From Candidatus Latescibacterota bacterium (GTDB taxonomy: Bacteria > Latescibacterota > UBA2968 > UBA8231), in the NCBI GenBank assembly GCA_965217585.1, contig OZ244561.1, positions 7,040,001 to 7,104,000 of the forward strand: a stretch of DNA of 64,000 nucleotides. Reading direction: 5' to 3'. Every line of letters starts with the position of its first letter. Position 1 is the stretch's first letter. The position numbers were made by a program, and so were the translations under genes. Of the stretch, positions 40,396 through 50,850 are shown one piece after another. The notes under the pieces were generated by a model. The model was given only the letters and a program-made list of their open reading frames with translations. It had not been told where the DNA came from and did not search any database.

Positions 40396-42555
40396 TCATA
40401 GGGTTTGCACCAGCCAAGTTTCCACAAGGTAGATTGCCAACATCGCCGCGAGGAGCCAAGGCCACGCCTCGAGCAAGGCATCAGCCGCACCCAAGGCGAT
40501 CACGGCGCTGGGCCAATCGGGATGAATCGATGCTCCGAGCGCGCGGGCCATCTTCTCGAGGCCCGCTTCGTCCAGAGAGCGTAGATCGCTCTCCGGGATC
40601 TCGCCGCGCACCGTGAACTGTACCAGGACTGCCTCACCATCGGCCCCATCACCGCCGAGGTCGCCGGACAGCCGATAGAGCCCGGGCGCCACCGGCGCCG
40701 GCAGGACGACATAGCTTTCCCCGCGCCACGTCACCGGCTTCACTGGACGCGAACGGCCGTCCGGCATCTCCAACAAAGCCATCGTGGCGTGGGACCAAGG
40801 CAGGATGGCAGAGGCGCCCGGATTTAGGTTGCGCGGCAGTACACTGCCGCTGGCGGCGGCATGGAGCAGGCGGGTGAGCAAGGGAAGAAAAGACTGTCGC
40901 ACTGGCAAAGCGGTCCAGGCGATGCTAAAACTGCTGGTCCAAATATAGACCCATCCCCGCCCCAGAGCACGGCGCACCAGCAGGGGATCATCGTTGCTCA
41001 AACGGAAGACCACTTCTCCCTCCAAGTCGGGGGCCAAAGTCAGATGGTTGTAGATACGCACATCGCCAAGGTCGCCACCCGCCGCCGCGGCAAATTCCGC
41101 AAACAGAAGCGCTGCTGCCGTTTCCGCTTCGCTGCGCACCAGGGAGAATTCCCGCGGATCTGTCTCTGCTCGCGCCGCCCGCTCAAAGCGCACCCGCAGG
41201 AGTTCTCCATAGTGTTCATTGTAGCCTTGTAGCTCCATGGCCGGTGTGGCGGCAAAGATCAGACCGCCGCCGCGCTCGACGAAGCGCGCCAGCGGCTCTG
41301 CTGCGGCCGTTAGGGCAAAGCGCGGGGCGCAGACGAGAATTACATCCACCTCGGGTGGGATGGCTCTCGTGAGGGCATTGACGTTGGTGGAGATAAGTTC
41401 GATTGCCGCTTGTGACCCTGGCGAAGCGGCGTAGGCCCGGCGGATAAACTCGTCCTCCGAGAGATCCAACCCGCTTGCCGGGCTCGCCTCTTCCGCCACC
41501 ACCCAGACCTTGAGCTGTTCCTTCACGCGCACACAGAGGGAGCGGGCCGCGTGGGCTGGCAACCGACTGTCATCGGTGCGAACGCGCAAGACCACGTCCC
41601 CCGGCTGATCGAACTGCAAAGTTAGGGCAAAGCGCTGGGTTTCGTTGGCTTTGAAGGGGACCTGCAGCCGCCCCACCTCCGTGCCGTCGGCTTCGCACGC
41701 GAAGGTGGCGGTCATTCCCGTCGGACCATAACAGCTGGCCTCGATATAGAGATGGACCGGAATCCCGCGCAGCGCCAGGTCGCTCCCCAGACCAATCTGT
41801 TTGAGTGCGACATAGCTGCCCACCTCTGCGGAGGCCGTCATATTTACCGGAACAACCGCAATGGCACGGCGTCCGCGGAACTCTTTGAACCAGGCAAGTT
41901 GGGTTGTCTCTTGTGCCAAACGCCGGGGGAAGTCCGACAACAGATAAAGTTCCGCCACGGCCTGCGGGGTGCGCGCCAGTCGCGCCAGACCTGTGGCCAG
42001 CGCTGCGGCCAATCCCACCTCGCCAGGAGAGACGGCAATGGCCTCGATGACGGCTCGTCGTTCACGCCCCGACAGCGGGCCGGCAAGCGTCTGGGTCTGA
42101 TCGTCTGCTGCGCTGAGGGCACCGCGGACGAGAGGCACAACCGTTGCACGATCCCCAATCCGCAGATCCAGCAAGAGAGCGTCTACCGCCACCTGCATCC
42201 TGGTCAACCGGGCGCTGCCATCGGTACTTGCCGTCATGCTCAAGGAGTTGTCCACGAGGATGGCTCGGTGTACCGGCTCCCGCGGCAGAGCAGGTCGCTC
42301 GCGACTGGGTTGTGCATTGGGCCACATCAACCCCACCAGCAGGGCCGCCCCCAAAGCCAGCACCAGAACGCGCAGTGCGAGGACAACCATCTGTTTCCAG
42401 ATCGAAGCCTTGCGTTTGCTGCGCAGGGTCAAACGCAAGAGGTAGCTTGCCCCCCAATCCACCTCGGTCTTGCGCCGGCGCAAAAGGAAATAGATGACGA
42501 CCGGTGTCGCCGCCGCCAAGAGACCGAGAAGAGCAATGGGAGAGGTCAGGATCAC
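40396..42555 (-). CDS. BatA N-terminal + VWA domain protein
   Basis: LLGLLAAATPVVIYFL.RRR...V.W....L; DNSLSM, LLSD; C-terminal TM + ETWL. Confidence 0.85.
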   Translation of the reverse strand: MILTSPIALLGLLAAATPVVIYFLLRRRKTEVDWGASYLLRLTLRSKRKASIWKQMVVLALRVLVLALGAALLVGLMWPNAQPSRERPALPREPVHRAILVDNSLSMTASTDGSARLTRMQVAVDALLLDLRIGDRATVVPLVRGALSAADDQTQTLAGPLSGRERRAVIEAIAVSPGEVGLAAALATGLARLARTPQAVAELYLLSDFPRRLAQETTQLAWFKEFRGRRAIAVVPVNMTASAEVGSYVALKQIGLGSDLALRGIPVHLYIEASCYGPTGMTATFACEADGTEVGRLQVPFKANETQRFALTLQFDQPGDVVLRVRTDDSRLPAHAARSLCVRVKEQLKVWVVAEEASPASGLDLSEDEFIRRAYAASPGSQAAIELISTNVNALTRAIPPEVDVILVCAPRFALTAAAEPLARFVERGGGLIFAATPAMELQGYNEHYGELLRVRFERAARAETDPREFSLVRSEAETAAALLFAEFAAAAGGDLGDVRIYNHLTLAPDLEGEVVFRLSNDDPLLVRRALGRGWVYIWTSSFSIAWTALPVRQSFLPLLTRLLHAAASGSVLPRNLNPGASAILPWSHATMALLEMPDGRSRPVKPVTWRGESYVVLPAPVAPGLYRLSGDLGGDGADGEAVLVQFTVRGEIPESDLRSLDEAGLEKMARALGASIHPDWPSAVIALGAADALLEAWPWLLAAMLAIYLVETWLVQTL

Positions 42556-43448
42556 CGCAACCGCAACCGTTCCCGCAAGAGACCTGCGAGGACCTCATCC
42601 CAGGCGACTGAGACCGGGATGCTGTGAAATTCAGTGCCGAAGCGGCTGGTTCCCTCTTTGATGCGCAGGGTGTGTTCGGCAAAGACATCCCGGTAGGCCC
42701 GACGAATCTCCAGTGGATCAACCGCGTCCAGGCCCTCGCCTTCGAGGTCGCGAAAGAGAGTAAATCCGGCGAAGGGCAACTCCGCTTCAGCCGGATCGTA
42801 CACTTGGTAGAGCACCACATCATGACCGCGGACCGCCAGCATCCCCAGCGCCTTGGTAAGCAGGTCCGGATCCTGATAGCAGTCGGAGAAGAAGACAAAG
42901 ACGGACCGGCGTCGAACCTGGTTCAATAGCTGCTCCACCCCGCCGGCAAAGTCGGTAAGGCCGGTGGGTTGGGCCTCCACGAGTTGGCGCAGCACTTCGA
43001 CCAGATGCTTCCGACTGCTTTGGGGGCGCAAGTACTGCGCAACGCGATCCCGCAGGATGGTGAGGCCGAAAGCGTCGCCCTGTCCCAGCAGAAGATAACA
43101 GAGCATGGCGGCGCAACGCCGGCAGAATTCGATTTTGTTCAGTTCCAGAGTGCCATATCCCATCGAACCGGAGGCATCCAGACCAATCACCACATCGAGG
43201 TTGGTGTATTCCTCGTACTCCCGCGTCACCAAGCGGTCACTGCGAGCGAAGACGCGCCAATCCAGACGGCGCAAATCGTCGCCCGGCAGGTACTGGCGAT
43301 GCTGCATGAATTCGGTCGACTGTCCCTTGCGCTTTGAATGGTTGTTGCTCTTGAGGAATCCTTCGACCCGCGTGCGCGCGAAGAACTCGAGCTCTTTCAC
43401 CAGCGCCGCAGCATGAGGGGTGAGCAGATCGGTTGCAGACATGGGCAA
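42552..43448 (-). CDS. DUF58 domain protein
   Basis: G.S.EF..HRQY.PGDDLRRLDW.VFAR; DASGSM; FSD. Confidence 0.93.
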   Translation of the reverse strand: MPMSATDLLTPHAAALVKELEFFARTRVEGFLKSNNHSKRKGQSTEFMQHRQYLPGDDLRRLDWRVFARSDRLVTREYEEYTNLDVVIGLDASGSMGYGTLELNKIEFCRRCAAMLCYLLLGQGDAFGLTILRDRVAQYLRPQSSRKHLVEVLRQLVEAQPTGLTDFAGGVEQLLNQVRRRSVFVFFSDCYQDPDLLTKALGMLAVRGHDVVLYQVYDPAEAELPFAGFTLFRDLEGEGLDAVDPLEIRRAYRDVFAEHTLRIKEGTSRFGTEFHSIPVSVAWDEVLAGLLRERLRLR

Positions 43449-43490
43449 GGTCTCATTTACTGCCGAGAACGCAGAGCGGAGAGAAAAGAA

Positions 43491-44483
43491 CTATTCTTCC
43501 GGCACTGCGATCGCTGCGAGGATCCTATCAATGATGTCGGTCGAGGTAATTCCGTCGGCTTCGGCGGCAAAGTTGACGAGGACGCGATGCGTCAGGACCG
43601 GGTAAGCGACTTTGCGCAGGTCTGCGGCAGTCACGTGGGTGCGCCCCTCCATCAGCACACGCGCCTTGCCGCCGAGTACCATGTACTGAGCAGCGCGGGG
43701 TCCTGCCCCCCACTGAACATACTGCTTGACCACCTCCGGAATCGCGCCCGCGCCTTCCTCACCGCGCTCGAGGCGCGTAGCCCGGACAATGTCCAGGGCA
43801 TAGGCCACCAGATGGGCCGCTACCGGTACTTCCCGCACCATGCCTTGGGCTGCAATGAGTTCCGCCGCGGTCAGCACTACTTTGGGTTCCGCCCTGGCGG
43901 TGCCGGTGGTGCGGTTGATCACCTCAATCTCTTCCCGCCGCTCTGGGTAACGGACGTGGACAAAGTACATAAATCGATCCTGCTGGGCCTCGGGCAGGTT
44001 GTAGGTACCCTCCTGCTCGATGGGATTCTGCGTCGCCAAGACGAAGAAGGGTTCCTCCAGTTTAAAGGTGTGGTTGCCCACCGTGACAGAATGTTCCTGC
44101 ATCGCCTCCAAGAGGGCCGCCTGGGTCTTGGGAGGAGTGCGGTTGATCTCGTCGGCCAGGAGCATATTGGTGAAGAGCGGGCCTTGAACAAAGGTGAACT
44201 TCCGCCTGCCATCCTCCTGCTCCTGAATGATCTCGCTGCCGGTGATGTCGGCTGGCATGAGATCCGGGGTGAACTGAACGCGCTTGCAGGAGAGGTCCAT
44301 CACCTGACTGAGGGTCTGCACGAGGAGAGTCTTGGCCAACCCCGGCACCCCCATCATGAGGCAGTGGCCGCCAGCGAGGATAGCCTGAACCACGTCCTCA
44401 ATCACCGCCTGCTGCCCCACAATGACCTTGGCTATCTCCTCCTTGAGGTGGGTGATCTTCTGCGCAAGGTCCTCGTGTTGCAT
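43491..44483 (-). CDS. moxR: MoxR family AAA+ ATPase
   Basis: GVPGLAKT, RVQFTPDLMPADITG, LADEINRTPPKTQAALLEAMQE, ATQNPIEQEGTY.LPEAQ.DRF. Confidence 0.96.
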   Translation of the reverse strand: MQHEDLAQKITHLKEEIAKVIVGQQAVIEDVVQAILAGGHCLMMGVPGLAKTLLVQTLSQVMDLSCKRVQFTPDLMPADITGSEIIQEQEDGRRKFTFVQGPLFTNMLLADEINRTPPKTQAALLEAMQEHSVTVGNHTFKLEEPFFVLATQNPIEQEGTYNLPEAQQDRFMYFVHVRYPERREEIEVINRTTGTARAEPKVVLTAAELIAAQGMVREVPVAAHLVAYALDIVRATRLERGEEGAGAIPEVVKQYVQWGAGPRAAQYMVLGGKARVLMEGRTHVTAADLRKVAYPVLTHRVLVNFAAEADGITSTDIIDRILAAIAVPEE

Positions 44484-44523
44484 GATTGATTCAGAATACA
44501 GGAGTCAAATGGGCGATTCGCAA

Positions 44524-46530
44524 TTACAGGTCGTATCCTGCATACCGCACCACATTGGCATATAGCTTCTGCCACTCCTTCCAGGCGTAGACCGGAGTCT
44601 TGCCCGGATATTCAGCGGCAACACCATAGGGCTGGGCCAGAACGATCATGGTGCGTTGGCCTTTCTGCGGACTGTATTCAACAATGAAGGGCTGGTCTCC
44701 GACCTTGAGCAGCACCTTGGGCTCGGCCTTGAGCTCCTCTGCCGGTTTCTCCTGAACCTCTTGGACGTAGAACTGCCAGGGCAATTCCGTCAGATCGATT
44801 CCCTCGAAGATGGGATGATCCTGCACCGGTGAGTTGAGTTGAGCCGCGCCCTTGCGAATGATACTGCCCTTGGCAAAAGGCAGGTAGTCGTAAATGGGAT
44901 GTTCCTCGTTGAAGGGGGCCAGACCATAGGTATTCTCCCCCCCTCCATAGACCAACCCACCGCCACGCTGCAGATAGTTGTGGAGGATGTGGAGCCCCAC
45001 ATAGCGCGCCGGATCAAAGATCGCATTGTTCAGGACCACAACGCGAAATTCGAAAAGACGATCATAGTCGTAGGGGAAATCGGTCAGCCCCGTCCTGGAG
45101 ACTGTGAAGCCTGGGTGATAGCCCGTCTCCAGCTCGACCTGGTCCGAAATGGAACGCATTGCTTCTTCGAGGTGCAGAACGCGACTGTGATTGCCCAAAA
45201 GAGCAAAGATATTGAAATCCTTCCGGTTCACGGCAAGGGTGTCGTCTGGCACCGGTAGATTCGGGTTCTGCGCCGGCCGCTCCAGCTTGCGCACGGGGGT
45301 CTTGAAGTCCTTGCGAATATTGCGGCCGAACTCGTACTTGCCCACGTGGAAGTGCTCAAAGTCGCGGCGCAGCTGCTGGCCATCCGCCAGTTCGACAAAG
45401 ACCGCGGTGCGAACGACTATGGGATCAACCGAAGGTATCTTGAGCACCGCCTCGCCCACCGTCGGTTCGAGCCCCAATTCCCTAAATTCCACTGCAGTAA
45501 GGGTGGTCTCTTCGACTGCTGGTGCCAAAAGATCGTACTCCACCGTGGGCACAAAAGTGATCTTGCGTGCCTTCTCATAGGAGGAGACGACCTTGTACTG
45601 CAGGCGCAGCTCGCCGGCGTCGCGCACCGGTTTGAGCTGAGTAATGAAGTATTCCGTAGCGTGATCTACCTTCTCGAGTCCCATGGTCGGCAGGACATAG
45701 ACCCGACTCTTTATCGGGGACTGATTAAAAACGAGACAGTTGTCATAGACCCATTCGGTGGTGCCAATGCTGCAGTTGTAGAGGAAGGAGAGGTAGTCGT
45801 AATCCATCAGGTAGGTCACCCCTTCTTTGCGCTCGGGAGAGACGCGGGCCGACCAGCCGTGGTTGAAGTTGTGGACGTAGTCGTGGCCAAAGCGCGTTGG
45901 CATCTCGTTGATCCCCAGATCGCTTGGTCTGTAGACATGATCCAGGGCCGTCAGGTTGATGCGCGAGGCATTGTGCGCCCAGTAGAGGGGCAGCTTGGCC
46001 CTGATGTCTGGGTTGATAAACTCCACATCAAAAAGGAAATAAGGGGTTCCCTGTCGCAGCGTCACGGTGCGCCGAATGATCAGGTTCTCCAACAGTTTTG
46101 ACTTGAGGCCGCTTTCGTCCGACTCGAGCCAGCCCTCCAGCTGCGTTTCGAAAACCACCTGCACCTCGTCGGGACCGCGCTTGGTGATCTGATAGTCGTA
46201 CCACTTGCCGCGCAGTTCCTGGAAGCGCCAGTCCTGCTCCCACACATTGTCCTGCAGCAGCCCTCCACCCGAATTCAGGGTCTTGGGTTGGGTCACATCG
46301 ATGATCTCGTTCTGGGTTGGCCGAAAGACAAAGCGCACCACGGTCGAGCCGATGGCCGGCATCAGGTGCATGCTAATCCAGTCGGTTTCCATGGCGAGGA
46401 CGAGATCGGCGTCCTCGTCCTCTATCTCGGCAATATAAGCCCCCTGGGGCTCGACGGCGCAAAGTCGTCCACTGCTGGCGCACAACACGGCAAAAGCGGC
46501 GACCAATAGGAAGTGCGCATTCCTCACCAT
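44524..46530 (-). CDS. Secreted protein: galactose-mutarotase-like N-terminal domain + DUF1355/GATase-like C-terminal domain
   Basis: Signal peptide; P.IG..V, RRTVTL, WAHN (supersandwich pattern); Y...GGGLV.GGG..Y and HPI..G (DUF1355-like). Confidence 0.55.
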   Translation of the reverse strand: MVRNAHFLLVAAFAVLCASSGRLCAVEPQGAYIAEIEDEDADLVLAMETDWISMHLMPAIGSTVVRFVFRPTQNEIIDVTQPKTLNSGGGLLQDNVWEQDWRFQELRGKWYDYQITKRGPDEVQVVFETQLEGWLESDESGLKSKLLENLIIRRTVTLRQGTPYFLFDVEFINPDIRAKLPLYWAHNASRINLTALDHVYRPSDLGINEMPTRFGHDYVHNFNHGWSARVSPERKEGVTYLMDYDYLSFLYNCSIGTTEWVYDNCLVFNQSPIKSRVYVLPTMGLEKVDHATEYFITQLKPVRDAGELRLQYKVVSSYEKARKITFVPTVEYDLLAPAVEETTLTAVEFRELGLEPTVGEAVLKIPSVDPIVVRTAVFVELADGQQLRRDFEHFHVGKYEFGRNIRKDFKTPVRKLERPAQNPNLPVPDDTLAVNRKDFNIFALLGNHSRVLHLEEAMRSISDQVELETGYHPGFTVSRTGLTDFPYDYDRLFEFRVVVLNNAIFDPARYVGLHILHNYLQRGGGLVYGGGENTYGLAPFNEEHPIYDYLPFAKGSIIRKGAAQLNSPVQDHPIFEGIDLTELPWQFYVQEVQEKPAEELKAEPKVLLKVGDQPFIVEYSPQKGQRTMIVLAQPYGVAAEYPGKTPVYAWKEWQKLYANVVRYAGYDL

Positions 46531-46558
46531 TCTGTATTCTGCCTTCTGCTATCTTTTA

Positions 46559-49120
46559 TCACGGCATAAACTCCACTACTAGGGTCCGAAAAAATTTGAG
46601 CCCGGGAAAGGTCACGGTGCAAATAGCGCCAGCGACATCTGCCCTGAGTGGCACCGCTTCAACTCGGGGCTCCCAGGTCAGCATCCACGCTGCCGCCCGG
46701 GTGCTTCCCTCGGGGATGGCAATTTCAACCGGGAACGCCTCATCAATCGGCGGCGGCAATTCATTCACCTTGTTGCGGCGCAGGCGCTCCACCACGGGCG
46801 GGTTAAGCAGTGGAATGACGTAGCGCCGGCGATCCTTTAGCTGCTGCTGCACGACGCCTTCGGCAAACCAGATATCAGCCGGCGCATCTACCAAAATGAG
46901 GTCCGCCGCCTCTTCAAGCGGTTGCAGTTCTGGGTGCCAGATGAACTCGCTGAAGCGCGTCGCAAAGGCACCCATGCCTTCTTCGCTGTAGGCCGGTGCC
47001 GCGAAGCTACCATAGTAGTGGGAACCGGAGGCGATTATCATGGCGGCGAAATATATATCGTCGTGACAGAAATGGCCGCCGCCATCGCGGTGGGGGGAGA
47101 ATAGCTGGTATACCGCGCCGAAGCGCCGCGTAATCTTGCGCTTCAGATTCATGAAATACCAGGAGTCCTCCCACTTGTTCATATAATGATCCCAGAACGG
47201 GGCATCCATGGAGCCTTCATCCATAAACATCCCATGGGCCTGCGCAAAGGCGACAAACTCCTTGTATTTTTCTGGCGGCTCCGGTGCCATGTCGCGGTCC
47301 TTGATGGTGTCGAGATACCCCCAAGAGTCCATGTTGGCGCCCCACTCGAAGTCGGGGTATTCTGCCTCGACCAGGGCGCGCAGATCATTGAAGTTCTTGG
47401 CGGCGTGGGCCATGGGGTCATCCACCTTGATCGAATGCTCAAGGCCCAGGACGTTAAGGGAGTCACCCACCGGCGCCATGATACCCACATCAAAGCGCAC
47501 GCCGCCGTAGCCGGTCTGGCGCACAAACTCCAGGAATTCACGTTCAATCCGCGCCTTTAACTCGGGGAAGCGGTGGTTCAGGTGCATTTCAACCGCGGGG
47601 ACCATGACACCGACCGTTTCGATTGGCCCCTTTTTCTCCCAATCCCAACCACGCACCTTCTCACCCCATTGGTGATTGATGCGGTAGATCGGATCCGTTG
47701 CTGTCACTTTGTGGGATATCCACTCGGGATGGGCCACATAATCATCTAGGAGGGGCGCACCAGTCCCACCGGCAAAAAGGTAGGTAACGGTCAGGATTCC
47801 CTCCTTGCGATTGTGGTCCGTGGCAGCGCGCACCAGCTTGAAGGTATAGGGCTCAGGGCCGCTCCCCATGCCGGCGAACCAGGACTCGGCCTTGGGCATA
47901 ATGCGCGACATGTCTCCCGGCGTGGACGCAAAGATCTCCATGTGATTCTTGTACGACTCGGGGAAGCGGAAGGGATCGACCGAGCGCGTGTTGCTGCCCA
48001 TGATGTGGACGGTGTAGTTGTCTGGATGGACCTGAAAATAATCGTGGGCTTTGGATTCCACGGTGTTGTCGTGGCGAATCTCCGCCACCACCTTGTAGCC
48101 GTACAGGGGCGTGCCCTGGTCCGTCTGCCAGGGAACGTGCAGGTGCCTATCTGCCCCAGGTGGGAGTTCCACGGTCTCACTGTGGATAACCTGGCGTTCC
48201 GCCAAGCCGCGCTCGAGCACAATGCTGAGCGTGCGCACCTGTTCACGCGGCGTGAAGTTCTCCAAGCCCACCGCAAAGCCGGTCTCCATGCCGGGTCGCA
48301 ACCACAGCTTATCGGGGCGCACGTACCTGACCGTGATGGATGGACTGAGATCAATTTTCTCCAACTTGATCCAGTCGAGCCGCACCCAGCGCAGGCTGTT
48401 GGGCGGCATACCGGAGCTGGACATATACTTGGTCTGCGGCAGCGTCAGGCCAATGGTGAAACCCGCTAGCGGCCCGGGCGGGGCAGTTTCCCGCTCATTC
48501 TCTTCGCTCTCTGGCCGGGCATCGGGATAGATATCGGGGCCGAATTTAGCGTAGTCCGAGGTGGCAACCGCTGCACGGGCGGGCAGGCGTTTTTCGCCCT
48601 TGGGCGAAACTTCGTAAACAAAAGAGATCTCCTGATAGGTATCTACTTCCCCCAGGTCCGTGGCGGAGAATTCCCGACTCACATCCCGCGCCTTGTGTTG
48701 GGGGTGGTGCGGCTGCGCGTTCACCTGCAGCCGAATGGGCGTACCGATCACCCCGCCGTCGCCGTCGAACTTGATCCGCGCACTTACGCGGTATATGCCC
48801 GACACCACATCAGCCCATTTGATCAAAGGAGTACGCGCCACCTCGATGTGACCTCTAGCGGCTGCCCGACGACTGACGCGTTGGTGCAGGGCGCTGCCGA
48901 CCTGCTCGTCCTTGCCGTCTTCGCCTTTGACCTTGCGCTTTGACTCGGCCGCCTCGTCTTCCACAATGGCGAGGGCACCCCGCTCCTCCAGTTCCTTGGC
49001 CGCTATGCTCCACCCCGGCCAACTCAAATGCTCGGCTGGCTCAAATGCTCGGCCAACTGATGCCGGCAGAAGCGAGCCGGCGACGAGGAGCAACACAGCC
49101 GCCCAACTTCGTTCTATCAT
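46559..49120 (-). CDS. Secreted glycoside hydrolase, GH66-like architecture
   Basis: ATG 49120 after AGGAG (the track starts at 49144); signal peptide; Ig-like K...RPG...W......GY.V..E, TIM-barrel GYGGVRFD, C-terminal VIPLLN...P.L.....LVVE. Confidence 0.55.
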   Translation of the reverse strand: MIERSWAAVLLLVAGSLLPASVGRAFEPAEHLSWPGWSIAAKELEERGALAIVEDEAAESKRKVKGEDGKDEQVGSALHQRVSRRAAARGHIEVARTPLIKWADVVSGIYRVSARIKFDGDGGVIGTPIRLQVNAQPHHPQHKARDVSREFSATDLGEVDTYQEISFVYEVSPKGEKRLPARAAVATSDYAKFGPDIYPDARPESEENERETAPPGPLAGFTIGLTLPQTKYMSSSGMPPNSLRWVRLDWIKLEKIDLSPSITVRYVRPDKLWLRPGMETGFAVGLENFTPREQVRTLSIVLERGLAERQVIHSETVELPPGADRHLHVPWQTDQGTPLYGYKVVAEIRHDNTVESKAHDYFQVHPDNYTVHIMGSNTRSVDPFRFPESYKNHMEIFASTPGDMSRIMPKAESWFAGMGSGPEPYTFKLVRAATDHNRKEGILTVTYLFAGGTGAPLLDDYVAHPEWISHKVTATDPIYRINHQWGEKVRGWDWEKKGPIETVGVMVPAVEMHLNHRFPELKARIEREFLEFVRQTGYGGVRFDVGIMAPVGDSLNVLGLEHSIKVDDPMAHAAKNFNDLRALVEAEYPDFEWGANMDSWGYLDTIKDRDMAPEPPEKYKEFVAFAQAHGMFMDEGSMDAPFWDHYMNKWEDSWYFMNLKRKITRRFGAVYQLFSPHRDGGGHFCHDDIYFAAMIIASGSHYYGSFAAPAYSEEGMGAFATRFSEFIWHPELQPLEEAADLILVDAPADIWFAEGVVQQQLKDRRRYVIPLLNPPVVERLRRNKVNELPPPIDEAFPVEIAIPEGSTRAAAWMLTWEPRVEAVPLRADVAGAICTVTFPGLKFFRTLVVEFMP

Positions 49121-49161
49121 GTTCTCCTGCGCGCCTTTTGGCATAGGTGTGGGTGTCCATC

Positions 49162-50835
49162 CTAGAGTTGATCGAGGGTCATAGCCCGAAGGTTTTTTTC
49201 GAATATTTCTACCTGATACTTCTGCCGCATTTCGTTCAGAAAGTCTTCAAAGCGCCGCCGCGTTTTCTCAAAGCGGACATGCACTTTCACTTTCGGCTGG
49301 ACCTCCTCAAAGGGAGGGATTTGAGCGGTCGATTTTTTCATCGCTTTGAATATGGAATAGCCGCCTGGGAAGTAGCCTTCTGCGACCTTGAGCGGCCCCA
49401 TCACCTGTCCCAAGGGCGCTTCTATGGCCGCCTGGTATAGCTGCTGGTAAACCGACTCTTCGTACTGGTGGATGTGCAGGTGGCCATTCGTCTGCTCGGC
49501 TTTGGGCCGAATCGAGTGGGTCGCAGCCAGTTCCTCCAGAGTGGTTCCCGCTTTTATTTTGGCCAGCAGGGAATCAGCCTGTTCCTCGGTCGGCAACAGG
49601 ATCTCCACTAGTTGGACAGCATCTGGCAGGGCATACCAGTCCCGGTGGTCAATGTAGAACTGTTCCATCTCTTCCCGCGTCACCGCGGTCTCCGCCGCGG
49701 TTTCCAGGTCCCGCAGCCGTTCCATCATCAGTTCCTCTTCCCGGTCCTGCAGCCACTTTGTGAACTCGGGTTGCCGATCCATTTTGCGCCGTCTGGCTTC
49801 GGGCAGCAGCAGCGCGTAGAACAGGACGCGCCTTTCCACTGTGGCCTCAATGTGCCCGTCGTCTATGGGCTCGTCCCCGGTTTGCAGGTCGGACGCGCCT
49901 TTAAGACACTGGCCCACCGATACACTCCCGCCATCGTACTGATAAACCGGCACGGCGAGGTTCTCGGGAGACGGCGTTGGCTGGTCCTCTGCCACTTGCG
50001 CCACCAGCAGGGCCAGGCCTTCCGGCAGGAGCTGGACGTGCAGAGAATCTCTGATTCTGGCCAGAAATTTTTCTTGCTCCTGAAGGATTTTCTCTCCTCT
50101 CAGATCGCGGTAAATCGCCTCGGCGACCTCTTCAAAGGGGACGGAACCTTCCTCGACGAACTTTACGATGTCGTAGCCGTTGGGCCGCTCGATAGGGCCG
50201 GCCACTGCGCCGATTGGCAGGGATACCAATTCTTCGCCCAGTACCCTGGCGACTGCCTCCCGACGATAAAATCCTTTGATCAGCCCGCCGTGCTCGCCCG
50301 TCTCTCGGTCTAGGGACCGCGCCTTGGCAATTTCGGCGAAATCTCTTCCACCCTTCAATTCCTGCAAAATGGTCCGGGCTTCTTCTTCGGTCTCTACCAG
50401 GATATGAGCTCCTTGCACCGTTCTCCCCAGCTTTTTGGTGTGGTATGCGTGGTGCATCTCTTGGTGCCATTCCTCGTGGGTCCGGGGCAGTTTGTCGAGG
50501 ACCTCCATCCGGTAGAGTTTCTCTTGGAGCCGGGCGTCGTGCAGAGCCTCTTTTTTCTGCACCACTGCGGGATCGCTGGCCAGCCCCCTCGCCTCGGCTT
50601 CGCGCACCAGCATACGCCGATTTATGACAATGTCCAGGTAGTGCTTTTTGAGCTCCTGGGCGGACTTTTGCTCCCCGTCCTTCTTGGCCATGAGACGGGC
50701 GATCTTGCCAAGGTCCGATGCGGTAATCTCCTCGTCGCCTACCCGGGCTAGAGTCCCTAATTGCACATCGCTCTGACAGCCCATGAAAAGCCACACGCCG
50801 ACCCATCCTAAGATACTTGTAGCCCCTGCTCGCAT
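49162..50835 (-). CDS. PpiC/SurA/PrsA-type peptidyl-prolyl isomerase lipoprotein with two parvulin domains
   Basis: Lipobox FMGC; HILV..EEEA...L..G.DF..IA...S.D....GG; second copy EILL..EE.A...G..LEELA...S. Confidence 0.9.
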   Translation of the reverse strand: MRAGATSILGWVGVWLFMGCQSDVQLGTLARVGDEEITASDLGKIARLMAKKDGEQKSAQELKKHYLDIVINRRMLVREAEARGLASDPAVVQKKEALHDARLQEKLYRMEVLDKLPRTHEEWHQEMHHAYHTKKLGRTVQGAHILVETEEEARTILQELKGGRDFAEIAKARSLDRETGEHGGLIKGFYRREAVARVLGEELVSLPIGAVAGPIERPNGYDIVKFVEEGSVPFEEVAEAIYRDLRGEKILQEQEKFLARIRDSLHVQLLPEGLALLVAQVAEDQPTPSPENLAVPVYQYDGGSVSVGQCLKGASDLQTGDEPIDDGHIEATVERRVLFYALLLPEARRRKMDRQPEFTKWLQDREEELMMERLRDLETAAETAVTREEMEQFYIDHRDWYALPDAVQLVEILLPTEEQADSLLAKIKAGTTLEELAATHSIRPKAEQTNGHLHIHQYEESVYQQLYQAAIEAPLGQVMGPLKVAEGYFPGGYSIFKAMKKSTAQIPPFEEVQPKVKVHVRFEKTRRRFEDFLNEMRQKYQVEIFEKNLRAMTLDQL

Positions 50836-50850
50836 ATCTACTTCCTTCGC

